The position numbers were made by a program, and so were the translations under genes. A stretch of DNA of 64,000 bases from Lingula anatina (taxonomy: Eukaryota > Animalia > Brachiopoda): positions 9,668,587 through 9,732,586 of the forward strand of contig CM120648.1 of the NCBI GenBank assembly GCA_051362555.1. The letters are read 5' to 3'. Each line of letters opens with the position of its first letter. The first letter of the stretch is position 1. Of this stretch, positions 11,401-25,600 are shown piece by piece. The notes beneath the pieces were generated by a model, which saw nothing but the letters and a program-made list of their open reading frames with translations, was not told the origin of the DNA and did no database searches.

Positions 11401-14400
11401 TGACTGGATGATTTACTGTAAGAATCAGAAAACGTACTCTTTCTTTTGTATGAAATTTTCTTCTGTATTTTTATTTATAATTTTTTTTTTTTTGGGGGGG
11501 GGGAGCGTCGTAATATAGTGTCAACATAGGTCAGTACAGTAAACTCACTTGTTCAAAATTATGTCTGTAATGAGAAATATTCATAGCAATTAAACAAAGC
11601 ATGTAACTCCTCTAACTTAAAAGCACAGAGGTTCCTTAGGTCAAAGATGTACGCCTCTGCTGTCAATTAATTGAACAGACGACAGATGGAATATTCCAGC
11701 AGCGTACAGCTTCTTACGAGAAAAATGAATTCAGCCTAGGTCTATACAGTAGTCCCCAAGTCCCATGCTGTTTAACTGTGTGTGAACCGATCTCGTAATT
11801 GTAGAGCCCGAGACGTGGTGACACTGTTCAACAGAGACCGTTATTCAATGTTTTCCCTCTTACATTTGTAGTGTTACGCGAGGGCCCCATTCTTCCTCCC
11901 ATCACTTAACATTCTCTTTAACCAGTTAACTTCTTAGCCGCTGTGTAAACTGCGTTGGTTAGGAGGTAATGATGTGGTGCTGTTACTGTGCTTTTCTCGT
12001 CCCTGCAGAGACTTGGGAGCTGTTGCATAAAGAACTTTGTTCTGTGTTTTTGTCGTCCTTTGTTGCATGGACTAACTGCTTTTCTTTTCTCCCATCATAA
12101 CAGTGAGAAAATTAACAACCCTCTTTGGAAAATAATCATCCAAAAAGGTTATGCTTTATAAGTGGCTGTGGTATATTTTAAAACTCCTGTTAAAAAAAAG
12201 GAAAAAAAAAATATTGACCAAAGGAATCTGAATAAAACACTTCAGTTATTCTAGCCAACAAAATAACTGGGTAAAATGTAGTTGATTTTATTTCCTACTT
12301 GATCTATGGATATTCACCCAGGGGCATTGTACCCGAGGAAACTGATTTAGGATCGTCTTTCGTGCAGACGACAGGGAAGGATGTCATGGAATAAAAAACC
12401 ATTCACATATGTTCTAAACAGTGGGCTGCACTCTCCATTTGTCAAAGTCAGTTGGCCATTGTAAGAGGAAACAAAGAAGATGAAAAAATAACCTGGAAGT
12501 GATATTCAGCTCCTTAATTCTAATGATTCCCTTCCATTATCAAGTTATTTTAGATGTTCTTTTGCTCCGGTGGAGTCAGTTACATGATAAAAAGAATCAC
12601 ATTTTTCTGTCACAGTTGGACACACATGCTTCAGATACATTTCCCCCTCATTTTTCAACCATGGCATTTCAAGGCTGGAGAGGTTACAGTTGGACTTCTG
12701 AAAAAGAAAAAAGTTAGAAGAGGTGAAATGATTTGAGAATTGAAATTTTTATTACACACGTGTCCAGTGTGTGCATTTTATTTTAAGTTGATAAAAAAAT
12801 TCTATTTATTTTGGACCAAAACACTGGAAGGTTCAATATCCTCTTGTCAGACCAACATGGAGAGGAAAAAAATTATTGAAATTGGACAAAAAATGTATAA
12901 TATGACACTTCTTTATGTACATTTTGAAATTGATAGACAGGACAGTGGCCCATCAGTATTGAGGAAAATATTCTTCTCACACATCAAGCTATATCTATGG
13001 TAGGAAACCAAAGAGACAAACTTATCATATTTCCTTTGACTTCGCACACGGAGAATAAAAGAAGTTCTCAGTTCATTTAATTACGCAGAGATAGGATGAC
13101 GGAGAGAGCAGGGGGTTCGGAAGGATGGGTATTTGCATGAATAATGAACCTTATCTCCTTCTGGTCTGCCTTGAAATAACCCATGTAGCAGCTGAGGAGG
13201 TGGAGAGATGCATACTCCAGATAACGTCTCAGAAGAAATATGCTGATTAGTACCCCACCATGGATGAATTTCGATCACCGTAGCAGACTGCCTTCAAGTT
13301 TTTAAAAAAGGGACAAACTTGATAGCCATGATCTGGCTGACAACTTGATTTTATAGTGACTTGGTGAAAGTTAGAAGTTTTCAGAAATCAGGAAAGAAAC
13401 CCCACCTTCTCTTGGGCCCATTGCGGATGACTGTTGAATCTGTGGTACATACTTGTTACTTTTGTAATTTCCATATGATTACCATGCCACAAAAGATGTC
13501 ATATCTCTCCTGTAGGATCTGGCGGAACTAATCAGTCACAGTTTTAATAACTGAGAAATGACGCACAAGTTGATAAAATCAGGTTTGCACGGACAGTTTT
13601 GTAGGACTTGGAACTGCTATCATGTGTTTTGGGTTTTAAGAAATGCATTGAAAACAACTTGTTGCTTTTACACACATTTTGCTCTCTTTGAAAACATTTG
13701 GAGAGATGAAATTGGATATTTGATTGGCTAGCTGGTAAATATGGCTGAAGGAATGAAAAATAAACCATAGCCAAAGAGACCTAGAGACCATAAAAAAAAT
13801 ACATATTTTTATAACAAATACATCACTCAATACTGCTTAAAACTTTTTTCTTTCAAACCCAAGACAAGTGTAAGTCAAAACAAATTTTATCTTGGAGCTT
13901 GTCAAGTTGTAAGTGATAATTTTAATAACTATGAGCAATGAATAATTCACTGACAAGGCTGATAACATCTAGGGGGTCCGCCAACAATGTCATCAAGAAC
14001 ATCAGAACCGACTTCTATCCTTCATCTCGCAACCTTCGAGTTTCCACCCACCCAAAACTATCTTCCTGCTTGGAAACCAAAGAGTTTTCACATTTGATAT
14101 GAAACTATTGAAGAGTAAGTGGGTTCTAATCTCAAACTGGGCACGTTATGATTGAGAGGAGCCTTGGGGTGTGTCTACACTTGAATCAGATGGATCATAT
14201 TTGATTCGATTTGTATGATGTTAGCAGTTGTTTTTGTACCTACACAGGATACATCCTAGGGTGAAATTATGTTACCTTATTTTTCATATTTGACTGAGAT
14301 TGAGCTATGATCATTGTCAAGAAATCTGTGCAACTGTGATTTTATCTAGTTGACAGAGTTCAAATCGAATCAAATTTGGTCTGTCAAAGTTTGGGTGTGA

Positions 14401-17400
14401 ACAAGATAAAATAGGGGGAAAATATTGCGGTCCATCTGCATAGAAACAGGAGTGTTTATATGAGGGTCTTAAGAGATAAGAGGACTATGGGACTTCAATA
14501 GAAATGGTTTAAGTTTTGATAATGGGGGTATTCAGCATTCAGGTGCTTTCAATGGGTTCAATGAGATGAGGTCGTATTTCACGGAGGAGCAATAGAATCC
14601 TTGTCTCTGAAGGTCTTTGTTGGAGAGGGTTAGAATATTGTTATTGGTTGACAAGTAAATACTGGCCCCCATCTTGATGTAGACTGTTCGCCTTTCATGA
14701 CGATGTTGTTTGGAGTACTCAAGACTGGTCTCCCCTCGAGGGATATACGAAACTAGAGCAGGTGGAAATTAAATGAGGAATCTTGAATACGTTTTGGCCA
14801 GGCCAGCTTTTTTTTTTCAAACTCGTCACCTGTACTTTTGCATCAGCTTTGAATTTCATTTAAGAAACCTTGATGCCCCTCCCCCCCAAATGATCATATA
14901 ATATGTCTTTATGATAATAATTTGATTTAAATTAAAAAAATAGAATCTCTTCTGAAGTTCTGAGACAAATCCCACACCTGTCCTATCTTTCTGTAACACA
15001 GGGCACAGTACAGTCACATTGTCTTCTTTAAACTTCAAGACAGAATACATGTAAAGGGCCTAATATATTCACAATTGAGGCCCTGTGAATGCACTTTAAT
15101 GTCCAAGTTGAAAAATAACCCACCAGGGCCTCTGTGTTATGATTATGAAGGATATGAACATGGATTTTGATGACAGTGTGGTGGCCCACTGTACAGGAAG
15201 GAATATAGGAGATTCTATCAAGGCTTGTTCTGGCTCTGAATTCGACTCCCCTGCTTATCAGGGATACAATTTGAGATACATTTTTAAGGTAATTGCTTTT
15301 TACCTTCTTCCCAGTCTCAGGTGATGGTACCCCGAGGATGGTGAGGTCTCCTGGGTATATTTAGGCAGAGGTCCTAAGGGACAGCACACCTGGAGATAGT
15401 GTTGAACCCAGGGTGCAACCTGAAGCCTAAATAAGAACTTGTTTTTGTCACTTGACAGTGGAAGTCTTTGTTCTGCTCATAAAATGATTTCAGTTTTAAG
15501 TTATGGAAGCACTTTATCTAGAGGCAAAACTGTATCATTGCTCTTCACTCTGGATGTTTGCATCTTATTTATGGACGAGAGCGTTGGGTGAAAAATTAAC
15601 GTGTTTACAACGGAACTTTCATTCTTAAAAAGCTGAATCTCCAGATGTGATGCTGATATGATGTAAAATGTTACATGCTGGTACCCTGTATTGCACGGCC
15701 TAATTTACACAGGTTGTTTTGAGAAATCAGGTGTAGCAAATAAGACCCTTTCAGCTGATGTGTGTGTTCTATTCATTCTACATACCAGTTAATAGAGAAG
15801 GCTTCTTTTTAGGCAGAACAAAGGCATAATTGCACGCCGTTGTTAGCGTGGACTCTTTTGTGAAATGTTTAATTGAGTGCAAGGAAAGAACTTTGGTGCT
15901 GGGTTGGTGATCTTGGTGGAAATTTTGGGGGGAGGAAAATTTGGCTTGGAGGTCTCTGAATCGCACAAAGATGTGTTTGTTGTTGTCTCCTGTTGGGAGC
16001 AATATGGCGGAAAGTATCGAAGTCGAAAAAGGGGGAGTTTGCCCAGGTTCAGTCTGCACGAGAACCAAATATCGACACCCAATACGGGTCGATTGGGTCA
16101 AATACTGAATGTTTTGACAGTATTAGCACTACCTGTTCAGGCCCATTGTGACTGGCGAGGGGGGATTGTGTTGGGAGGCAATCTGCTCAGTCAGCCATGT
16201 GGAGGGGCTGCGTAGAAGGGTAGTCAGCTGAAAATTGAGGAAAATATGACCGAGTGCTCATTTTGACTTCTCTGGTATGGCCCTTCTGACTGGCTTCTTT
16301 ACTTTGTTTGTGTTTTATAGACAGCACATTATTTTGGAGGACATTGTCATAATAATACCAATTACTAGGGAAGAAGGGATATCCCAAAGTTGTTTTTTTA
16401 TTGTGTTAGTTACAGCTGATTTGGCTGTAAACTACTTTCATTTTTAAATAAAAAAAGAAAAGCCTCGGTACAGAAAAATTTAACAACTCAACCCAAAGGG
16501 TGGGTTCTCATGTGGGTCCATTTAATGCTAAGATTTGGCAAAAATTAGACCCTTTTGCGTCATTGGGCATAGCCTGAAGAGGGTGGCGATTTACGTATAC
16601 AGCATAGTAGGAAACCGTGGCCTCCTCTCGGAGCTAAACAGGTGTTGGGTCTGCTCTATTGGTGTTCTCAATGAATCAAGTGTTATGTTTACCTGGGGTA
16701 AGGGGAAATCTGCATATGAAACACAGCCTTTCCTACGGTGCTGTTTTTACACCAAGCTAGAAAAACACATGGGTGTTTTGCCTGGTGGTTTGATTATGAG
16801 ATCTGGGGAAAGTTAGGCGAGTTTACATTGGGATAAAGTAAGGAAAATAAGCCATTGTTTCCTCTTCATGTCTGATCGAACAGCCAATAAAAATATCAAC
16901 TTAAAGATAACATACACTACTTCAGACTAACTTCACTACAATCTTCATCAGCTTTATTGCTTATTCACCGAGTTTCTGAATTATCGTAATAAGCATGGGT
17001 AGTTTTTGACCATTCGCCCCATTATGATTTTAAGCAGTGGTTAATTCTGGCATTGCCAGTGTTTTGAATTTGTAACAACAGATGCTTACTTCCCTTAGCC
17101 TAATTTGTGCCACAGTCTTTCTTTCCGTTTGTCTGGGTTTTTGAGTTGTGATAATTGGAGACATTTTTGGGGTCAACTTGAAGGTATTTGTCCTTTCACA
17201 CCTGTGTTGGGTGGTGTGTCATTGGCAGGTAATAAAATCAACAATATTGTCAATGTGCTGAAAAGGGTAACGGAAAATGTGGGTATACCTATGCTATGGC
17301 GAAGTTGAGAAACAAAAATGTGTCATTCCAGAAATGAAAACAAGCCGTGATATTTGGGGAAGTGAGAGAAATGGATCGGTGTTATTTCTCGTACAATATT

Positions 17401-20400
17401 GATGTTAATGAGTAACTGAAAATATGTCCATGCACATTCAGGAAGAAAAGAGAGTCAGACTTGAAAATGTGACAGGCCAGAAACAAAAACATGTCTTCAT
17501 ATTTGGAGTGAAATTGTCCATGAAAAGAACAAGTTCAGTATTGGATTAATAGCTGAGTAATAAGGAATAGAAGAATGTTTCCAACAATGAAATACAACCA
17601 TGATGATTTGGAATAATGTGCGAAAAAATTTTTTATAGTTTTTTCCCCACTCATAGCCATTTTCTTTCAAAATAATGAATAATTAAATATGATGATTTTC
17701 TGATTGAGAAAAAAAAGTAGACAGTTTGAACACTGAATGAAGAACCATCTACCATCAACCAAATAAAGCAGTTTAACCTAACATATCTATAATGACACAG
17801 ACTCTGCTTCTGATTTTGGTTAATCAACAATGTCCCAGTAAGTGAGGAAATTTGGTGAAGAGCTACGCAGACCCCAAATCTAATTAGGATGTTGATAATT
17901 GGGTTATGATTGTCCCTGGTGTTTCTCTGATTATGACACTTACTGTAATTAGACTGGTAGGACTTGATCTTGGATTATCAAGGGAGAAAGTAGATGTCTT
18001 CCTCTGTGTCTCTGCTGATCAGTCAGAATGAATTTGGGACGGAAATTTAGTGTTTTGTAGCGGTCAATGGGAAATCTTTCAGTATGTTCATATTTGAAAA
18101 TTAAAAAAAAAAAAAGATAAAGACCCAGAGTTGCACGAACATTAATCGTAATCCTTAGGGGATTCGGACACCTGCGGTTGACCAACACCTCGTACCCTCA
18201 GTCCACTACTGGTCACTTTTATCCCTCTTTTGTGTCCACTTTTGTTACACCTGACCATTTCCTGAGATAAGAGGTTTATTTGTCAGCCTCCTGGGTAGTT
18301 ACTCTATCTCCGTCTTCTTTTAGGATTGTTGAACGTTGAAAGCAGCTTACACCTTGGCCTAGCTAGTTATGGCACCTGCTTCTGAAAGGGACTTTAGCCT
18401 GAAAACTGGTCTAAACTTAAAACTTTAAGACCAAAATTTCAGTCTGCTTTGACCTGAAATAAATCAGTAGCAGTCCAATTAAATAAAATACCCTGCCTGT
18501 TCTTTTACATAAAGGGCATTGGTAACATTTCGAACCAATATTTTATTAAGTAAACCACTATGGATTTATCTTCAACTAAAGCAGACTATTTTATGGTTTG
18601 AAAGTTATAAAGTTGAAAGCTGAAAATTGAGACCAATTTTAGGGTTACTAGTAAAGCCCTTTTGTGAAACCAGCCCATGGAGCTAGGGTTTAACCCTCCT
18701 CCCTTATCCCCTCTTCATCCTCCCTTTGTTTGCTAGGGCCGAGACCAGGATTTGTTTGCTTGTGGAAGTGCTGCTACAGCTTGATTTGTTGACAGATCCC
18801 AAATATCGTACAAGGTTGTACTTCACTGGCTTTTGAATAGTACACTGACCAGGTTCTATTAGAACACATGGTCTTTTAAGAGTTCAGAAACACTGAGAGA
18901 TAGGTTGAAAATGCCTGTATAAATGTGTCATAATCTAAATCTTCACTTCTGTTCTCTTTTCCTTTATTTATGTTTGTGTACCTTACTGGTATGTCCTGTA
19001 TTTGCAGTGTAGTGCAGAATTGAACCGAGTTACCCTAAATCTTTGAAGGTATTTTCACTGGTAATGGACAGGACCTTTTTATCAGATTAAAATCAGTAGG
19101 GATGCTCTGTGTTTATTATAGTTTTCCTCTGGTGGCTTTCTTTACCTGTGGGGTCCAGTTCTTTAGTGGTAGGAGATTAGATATTTTGAAGACTTCATAT
19201 TGAAATCAGCAATCAGAATAACATATGGGGCCCTTTATGGGGGATACGAGGCTCTGCAGGGGGAGATGTGATTTGAATGTATGAAAACAAAAAATGTTTT
19301 GAAATTCCAAAGCGGAAAGTTTTCCTGCAACTGCTTATCGTGTATGATCTGGAAGATCTGAAGGGTAGTGGAAATGAGTTTGTTAATGCAATAAATGAAA
19401 GCATATGCATTGGATTGATGTCTTAACTCCGCTGGCGTATTCCTCATCATGTGCTTGTCGACTTCATTAATGGACTTCTTGTGATGGGGAATTAAATTAT
19501 TTGTTTATGAGTAATTAATTGTTCATTATGAACTGGCCAGGGGGCTCTGAAAGATACTTGGAAAGTTTGAATTTTTACTAGGAGCAGATGTTCATGGCAG
19601 CTTTCCTAGCTCAAATTACGGACCAATTAAAATGGAGGAATTATGTAGGTCAGGGACATCAGAATATGACTCTTTGGCTACATTTTAACGAAAATTTAAG
19701 GAGGGGGGTGGGTGTGGGTGTGGATGCAGAAAGGGGGAGGGGGATTTAAGGAAGAGATGTCCCTTTCACCATGGAGCGTTCATAGGCTCTCAATAAAAAT
19801 TGTCAGTATAATAAGGTTTTCCACCAGTTGATTTGTGAAGAAAGTTTTCTTATTGTGTTAAGAAATAGATGAAAAGACAAGAATTGGATTTTTTTTTTCA
19901 TAAGTCAGCCTTTTTATAATGTCAGCAGAGGCAGGGGTGGAATTTGAATGGGAAAAGGTCAGAATGATATTGGAAAACAGAAATGATTTTGATTCCATCT
20001 TCCACGCGTTGACAAAATAATCCTGACACATAATCTATAGAGGGTTAGAGATGAACATCTTGAAAGATTCACTTAGCGTCTGTTGATCAATTTTCGGAAT
20101 AATCCAGTACAGTGTATTTTCAGACAGTAAGCACATGTCCAAAGTGCCCTTGTAAGATCTCAAGGCACATTGGATAGAAACTTCAAGAGATTCTTAAGCA
20201 AACCACATTGTAAAGTGATGACAGCTTAAGAATGAAGAAGATGGACAGAAAACAGATTTAAAAAAAGATACCCCAAACATAAGTCCTGTCTCTTAATCTG
20301 TGTATTTTTAGGGTGTCAAATTATGTCCTCCCCTCACCTTCGTCCCTCTCTCCCTGCCTCCCTCCTGAACAATGCAACCTTCACTATATGTGGTCGGGAT

Positions 20401-22619
20401 AGAATGTCTGTCGCCAGTGTTTAGATGGTTGAACAAGTTGGAAGTTCAGCATAGCTGTTTCAGGTTACAATAGAAACTGCAGCAACATGTGAACTTTTCA
20501 GGACCCGAAACTTTTCAGACAGAAACCTGACCGTCTGCTTTCTCTGGTTTGTGTCAGTTTTATGAATTCAGGGGACAATTCGGACCTGGTTTTTCTTGTG
20601 TTACTATGAGCTAATGGGCGTAAGATTGCCATGCCTTTGGCTTTTTTTTTTGATACAGCAGGTTATTATATCAATAGAACATGATTGGTGTTTTTAATGT
20701 TTTGAAAATGAGTCCAGTCTTGCTTTTAAGTATGTTTTAATGGATATAGATGACCAAAGAATGAAGGGTCTTTGAAATAAAGGATGTGGGTGTCTGTATA
20801 AATCATTTCATGATGGTTGTCTAGTTGGGAAAGAAATTGTCTTAAAAGTTTCAGGGGTTGGGTGGTAAGTAGAACTGTTCTGAAGTCTACCTAAGGAAGT
20901 TTCTTGCTGTGTATTTTCCTTTCTTTTTCCAAAGATCCTTTTTGATCTCTTGCTTCTCGCCTGGTACAGTTTCAAAAAGTAAAGACGCTTCAGGGCACTT
21001 TGGTGTCCCTGTAACAGATTCCTGTGCTCTCTGTGTAATTCATTGGCAAGAAAAACACTTTCTGCTATTGTTGACAGGCCTAAGTAGAGCAAGGAGCCTT
21101 GCCAGTTTGTTCCAGGCAATTTTTTTGTTGTTGTTAGTCGGTTTCAATTGGAAGGTTCCGGGTAAATAGGCTCTATATTTCAAGAACAAGGTAGCACTAT
21201 GTGTCTTTAATTTTTGTGAAATATTTCTCTGCAAATGGCATAGCCACAGTCAATGCCCTAAATCTAAGTTTCTGGTTTTATACTTAAATGAACAAAATAA
21301 TTTTCCCCGGTGTCCATGAATGTGTCTGTAGACTATTCTACAATATGGGGGATATTTTTTTTGGTTCTCTCACTTATCTCATCCACATACACACAGGGTA
21401 CTGATTTTTACTTGAATGATGGGCAATAAATTGTCTGAGCTGGAAGGGTCGAGATTTTTCATTCAAATTGCAGAAGCCTTGGTCCATTGTTTTGCTCGGA
21501 GAATAGGAAGGCAGAATCTCATTTCATTTGACATGCAGTGACATACTAGTAAATCCTTATTTGTTGGCTAAGACCTCTCTGTGTCCGAGTTATTAAACTA
21601 GAATTATCTACTTATGGATAGTGTTTAATATTAGGGAGAATATATCGAGTAGGATAATGATATGTGACTCTGTCTGTGCGTCTGCCTATCTGTCTGCCCA
21701 TCTGTCAGTCTGTCTGTCGAATTCTCTGCCCAGCTGTCTCTAAAACAAAGATTATGCTTTGGAATTGGTTCTGATGGATTCACACATAGTAGTATGTCAT
21801 AATATATCCCAAGTAAATCTAGATACAAACTGAACAAAACTAAACCCAGAATTTAATTTGACAAATCTACACAATATTGACCACAGTAATCTTCATTTAT
21901 TCACAACAGATTAAGGAAGAATTAGTCTGCACGACTGCGATAACGTGAAGTGTGCACTGATGTGCGAAGATTCCGTAACATGCTCTATTAACTCGAATTC
22001 CCCATCCTCTTCCACATATAGTAGTCACATGGTAACCGATGTGGCCCAGAGTACTTAAATAAGTGGCTCTGGGATCTCTTATTACTCACTTTGATGAGAA
22101 CTTGAGTGCATGGAGATTTTTCTCATTGAAAATATTGAGATTAGGACGACCCAAAACAACTGGCTTGATCATAATCCAGTTTATCCCGAGTGGGACTTGG
22201 CATTTTCTTGTTGAGAGACACAAGTGAATTCGTGCAATGTGGTTTATTGTCAAAGTTGTGAAATGCTTGTATAATATGGGCGGCTTTGATAGAACCTGCT
22301 ACTAACCATTAGGTAGACTGAAACCTTGTAAATATTGTCATGTCAATCATTTCTATAGCCTAGAATAACTTTGTGCTACTGTTAAAACTCTGCTTGATAG
22401 TAGTAAAGATATGTTCAGCAATATTGGGGCTACTATTGGAGAGTTATCAACTGATTGGCTTCATGAGAATTAATTCATTGATTAATCTGACATGATAAAC
22501 GACCGAATAACTATAAGAAGAAATTTAATTAGGAGGGAGTATTGCTAGATTGACACAGTGAGAGTGCAACACATGGCAGTCTGGCAGGCAAAGAAGTAAA
22601 CATGGTCATGAAGCAGTTG

Positions 22620-22674
<55 letters not shown>

Positions 22675-25600
22675 CGGTGAGTGCTAGCTGAGTACATGAG
22701 TACAAATCACTCCAGTTACACCTCACATTGGGCCATTGTTACACTGCTGTGGGTTCCTGGGCAAGTTGACTAGTGAAATACAGTCACAACATTCTTCTTG
22801 TGTTGGACGTGTTTTTGTTGAGTTAGGAAAGGAGACACGGTCTCCACACCTTGTATACAAAGGCGTTTGATTAGTTAGTGCCCAGGTTGTGTGTATTTGG
22901 GATACTCCTGGTGCAATTAACTTGAAATTTGGAGTGTCAACCAGTGTTTTCAACCCCCTCCCCCTCCCCCTCCCCCCTCATCCTCCCCCTTCCTCTTAAA
23001 AATTATTCACGTCCTTGTGTAATGGATTGGAGTAAAAGCCTCCCCCACTCCAGTTCCTAATCTTTTTGGGGAATTAAAGCAGATGAGGCCAGCACTTTTT
23101 AAAGCCAAAAATGCAGAAATGTTTGTTCTTTTTATTGGTAATAGAAGAAATCAGACTGCTCTCAAGATAAAAGGGAAGGTTTGGATATTTTCTTCCTCTC
23201 TGCTTTAACTTTTTTTCAGCCATCCATTTAAAATCCATTATATAATGTAATCGCTAACAAGTCTTATGCAAATATTTGAAAAAAAGGAAGTGGAAAAAAT
23301 GCCATCCTTACATGTAATCTATTAAGTACATTATTCCTCTTCTATTATTCAGTAGTAATCGAGGGGCTTTATCCCGCATCCATAATAAGCCTGTGTCACA
23401 CCATTCTTACATTCATCTTTCCTTGATTTCATCCCTCTGCTGCGGTTCTAATCGCCACGGAAATTGGCGCCGTCGGTGACAAAGCGATGGCATTTTTCAC
23501 GCAGATAATTTCACTGGTGAAATCTGGCATTGCAGGGTTGTTGTCGGCAGCGTTGGTTTCGTAGATGCAGAACCAGGAATTGTGATTGCTGGTTGAAGTG
23601 GTGATTTCCGCAGGGTGGCCTTAATAATTCCCATCATTCATAGTTACATGAAATATTATTCAGCTGTATATATATTTTTGTCAGGTCTCCAGGTTTTTTA
23701 ATATAGACTCATGTTGTCAGGATGTTGCATAGATTTTTCATGATAATTTGATCAAACCAGAGTCTGGCTAATAGATCTTTCGTGTTTTCATTGAAATAAA
23801 CCTGGAGCTTTTCTCTTGGAAATCTGTACCAGTGAGAGGGCTTCCATATCCGGAAAACAATTAATTTGCCCTGATCACATTTCTGTAAAATACCTAGGTT
23901 ATTGCTTTTTAAGGGGAATGTATCATTTGGGATTTTCGTGTTTTATCCTGCTCAAATTGATATGCGTGTGATAGCACGAAATGAAATGGGCTCACAGAGA
24001 TTGGTTTCTTTGGTGAGATTATGGAGCATCCACATGGGTGTTATATAAGTCACAAGGGGTTTGAGGTGGAAAATGGAACCATGATTTTTAATGGTCACAT
24101 TGGTTATAAAGGGTTATCATTGTGTGCGTGTCATCCCTCGTGGTCACAATTTTCACAATTTTCTTGGCATAGAGAAAGTTTTTCAACCAAGTAGCTGCCC
24201 CACCACTGAAAGTGGAACATGATTCAAACGAAATTTTCTTTTACAGCAGAATATTGAACCAGATGAAATGACAATAGATTTGTGCAAAAAGGTCAAACTC
24301 ATGTTGTTTTCTCTCTCTCTGCTGCATATATAATATCCATTGGAAACAATACACATGCCAGTTCTTGGTGTGTTTTTCCACATGTGTCAGCCAATTCTTG
24401 GCTCACTAGGCAAATTGAAAACTGCCTCGGCGGCCATTGTTCTGAAATTGATTCGGGATTGATTATTGGATGGGCGTAATTTGGATTCATTTTGTGTTCA
24501 TGAAAGAAACTTGGATTAATTATTACGGAAATTAGTTTTCTAAATAATTGAGGTCAACTCCTTAGCCCCATGAATTGGAATCTACTACTTTTTTTTTCTG
24601 TGCTAAAATTGACATGTCCACTGGTTATTTTTGGAAGCTGTGCTTTATGAAGAAGGAAAGAATGTACCCTGATAACAAGTTTTTTGAAAATGCTTGGTCG
24701 CATGTTGATAATGCATGATCCTGACTAGTTATTAAGTCTTGGGGAGTTTTTTTTGTGTGGATAAGGGAGATTTGTACTGAACAGATGCCAAAATGTCAGT
24801 GCAGATCCCCTTAAGGCACTATTGGTACCATGTTTTTTATTCAACACCTCAGCGAAAGAAATGAATCGCAAAGCAAAGATTTATTCACGCAGAAGGGTAT
24901 ATTGAAAAAAGGAAATGCGAATTGACATCCACAAACACAGCTAAAACCATCTCTTAAATCGTACCTGGCAGCCTAACTTACAGCTGAAGTGGGCGATAAT
25001 ATAATCTTGTATAAATAAAATAATCCAATCTAAATAAGATGAGGCTTTTTCTGCTGGATACAGGTCTTTGTTATACGATAACAAGCTTTGTTTTTGGACA
25101 CTGGTGGTATGGGGCAGCCATGTTTGATCTCGGATTAAGAGGCACATTCCGCTCAGTTTTATCGAAACTGTAAATCAGAGGATATTTTTCTTGAAAATTC
25201 TTTACTGCAGATGGTTTCTTTTGATCTTGGATTGAGGATTGGTTAAAACTCTAGAGTCACCTTGATATCATTGTTAATTGAATTGTATGAAAAGCATAAG
25301 AATGTCTACATTGTGTTCTGTGCTTTTTGAGTACAGAAGAGATTTGACGAAAAGTAGCAGAGGTTAGATTTAAGTAGCACTTGTATTGCTATTCTCACCC
25401 ACTTGCTATAATATACGATTTAAATTCTTTCCATATTTTATTGTGAGTAAGAATCCTACAATGAGGTGATCTCAAAGTAGAATGGAAATAGAATGGCCAA
25501 AAAAATTATATTGATATAAATTTTTTGGCATTTTCTATATTTGTCTTTTTGAAAACTCTGTGTCCAGAACAACCACAATAAAAAGGTTTCTGTTCATGAC

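Noticed and set aside
15170-15420. Possible tRNA-derived SINE or tRNA (GAATTCGACTCCCC, B-box-like)
   Set aside because: No cloverleaf or clear A box, and too degenerate to call.
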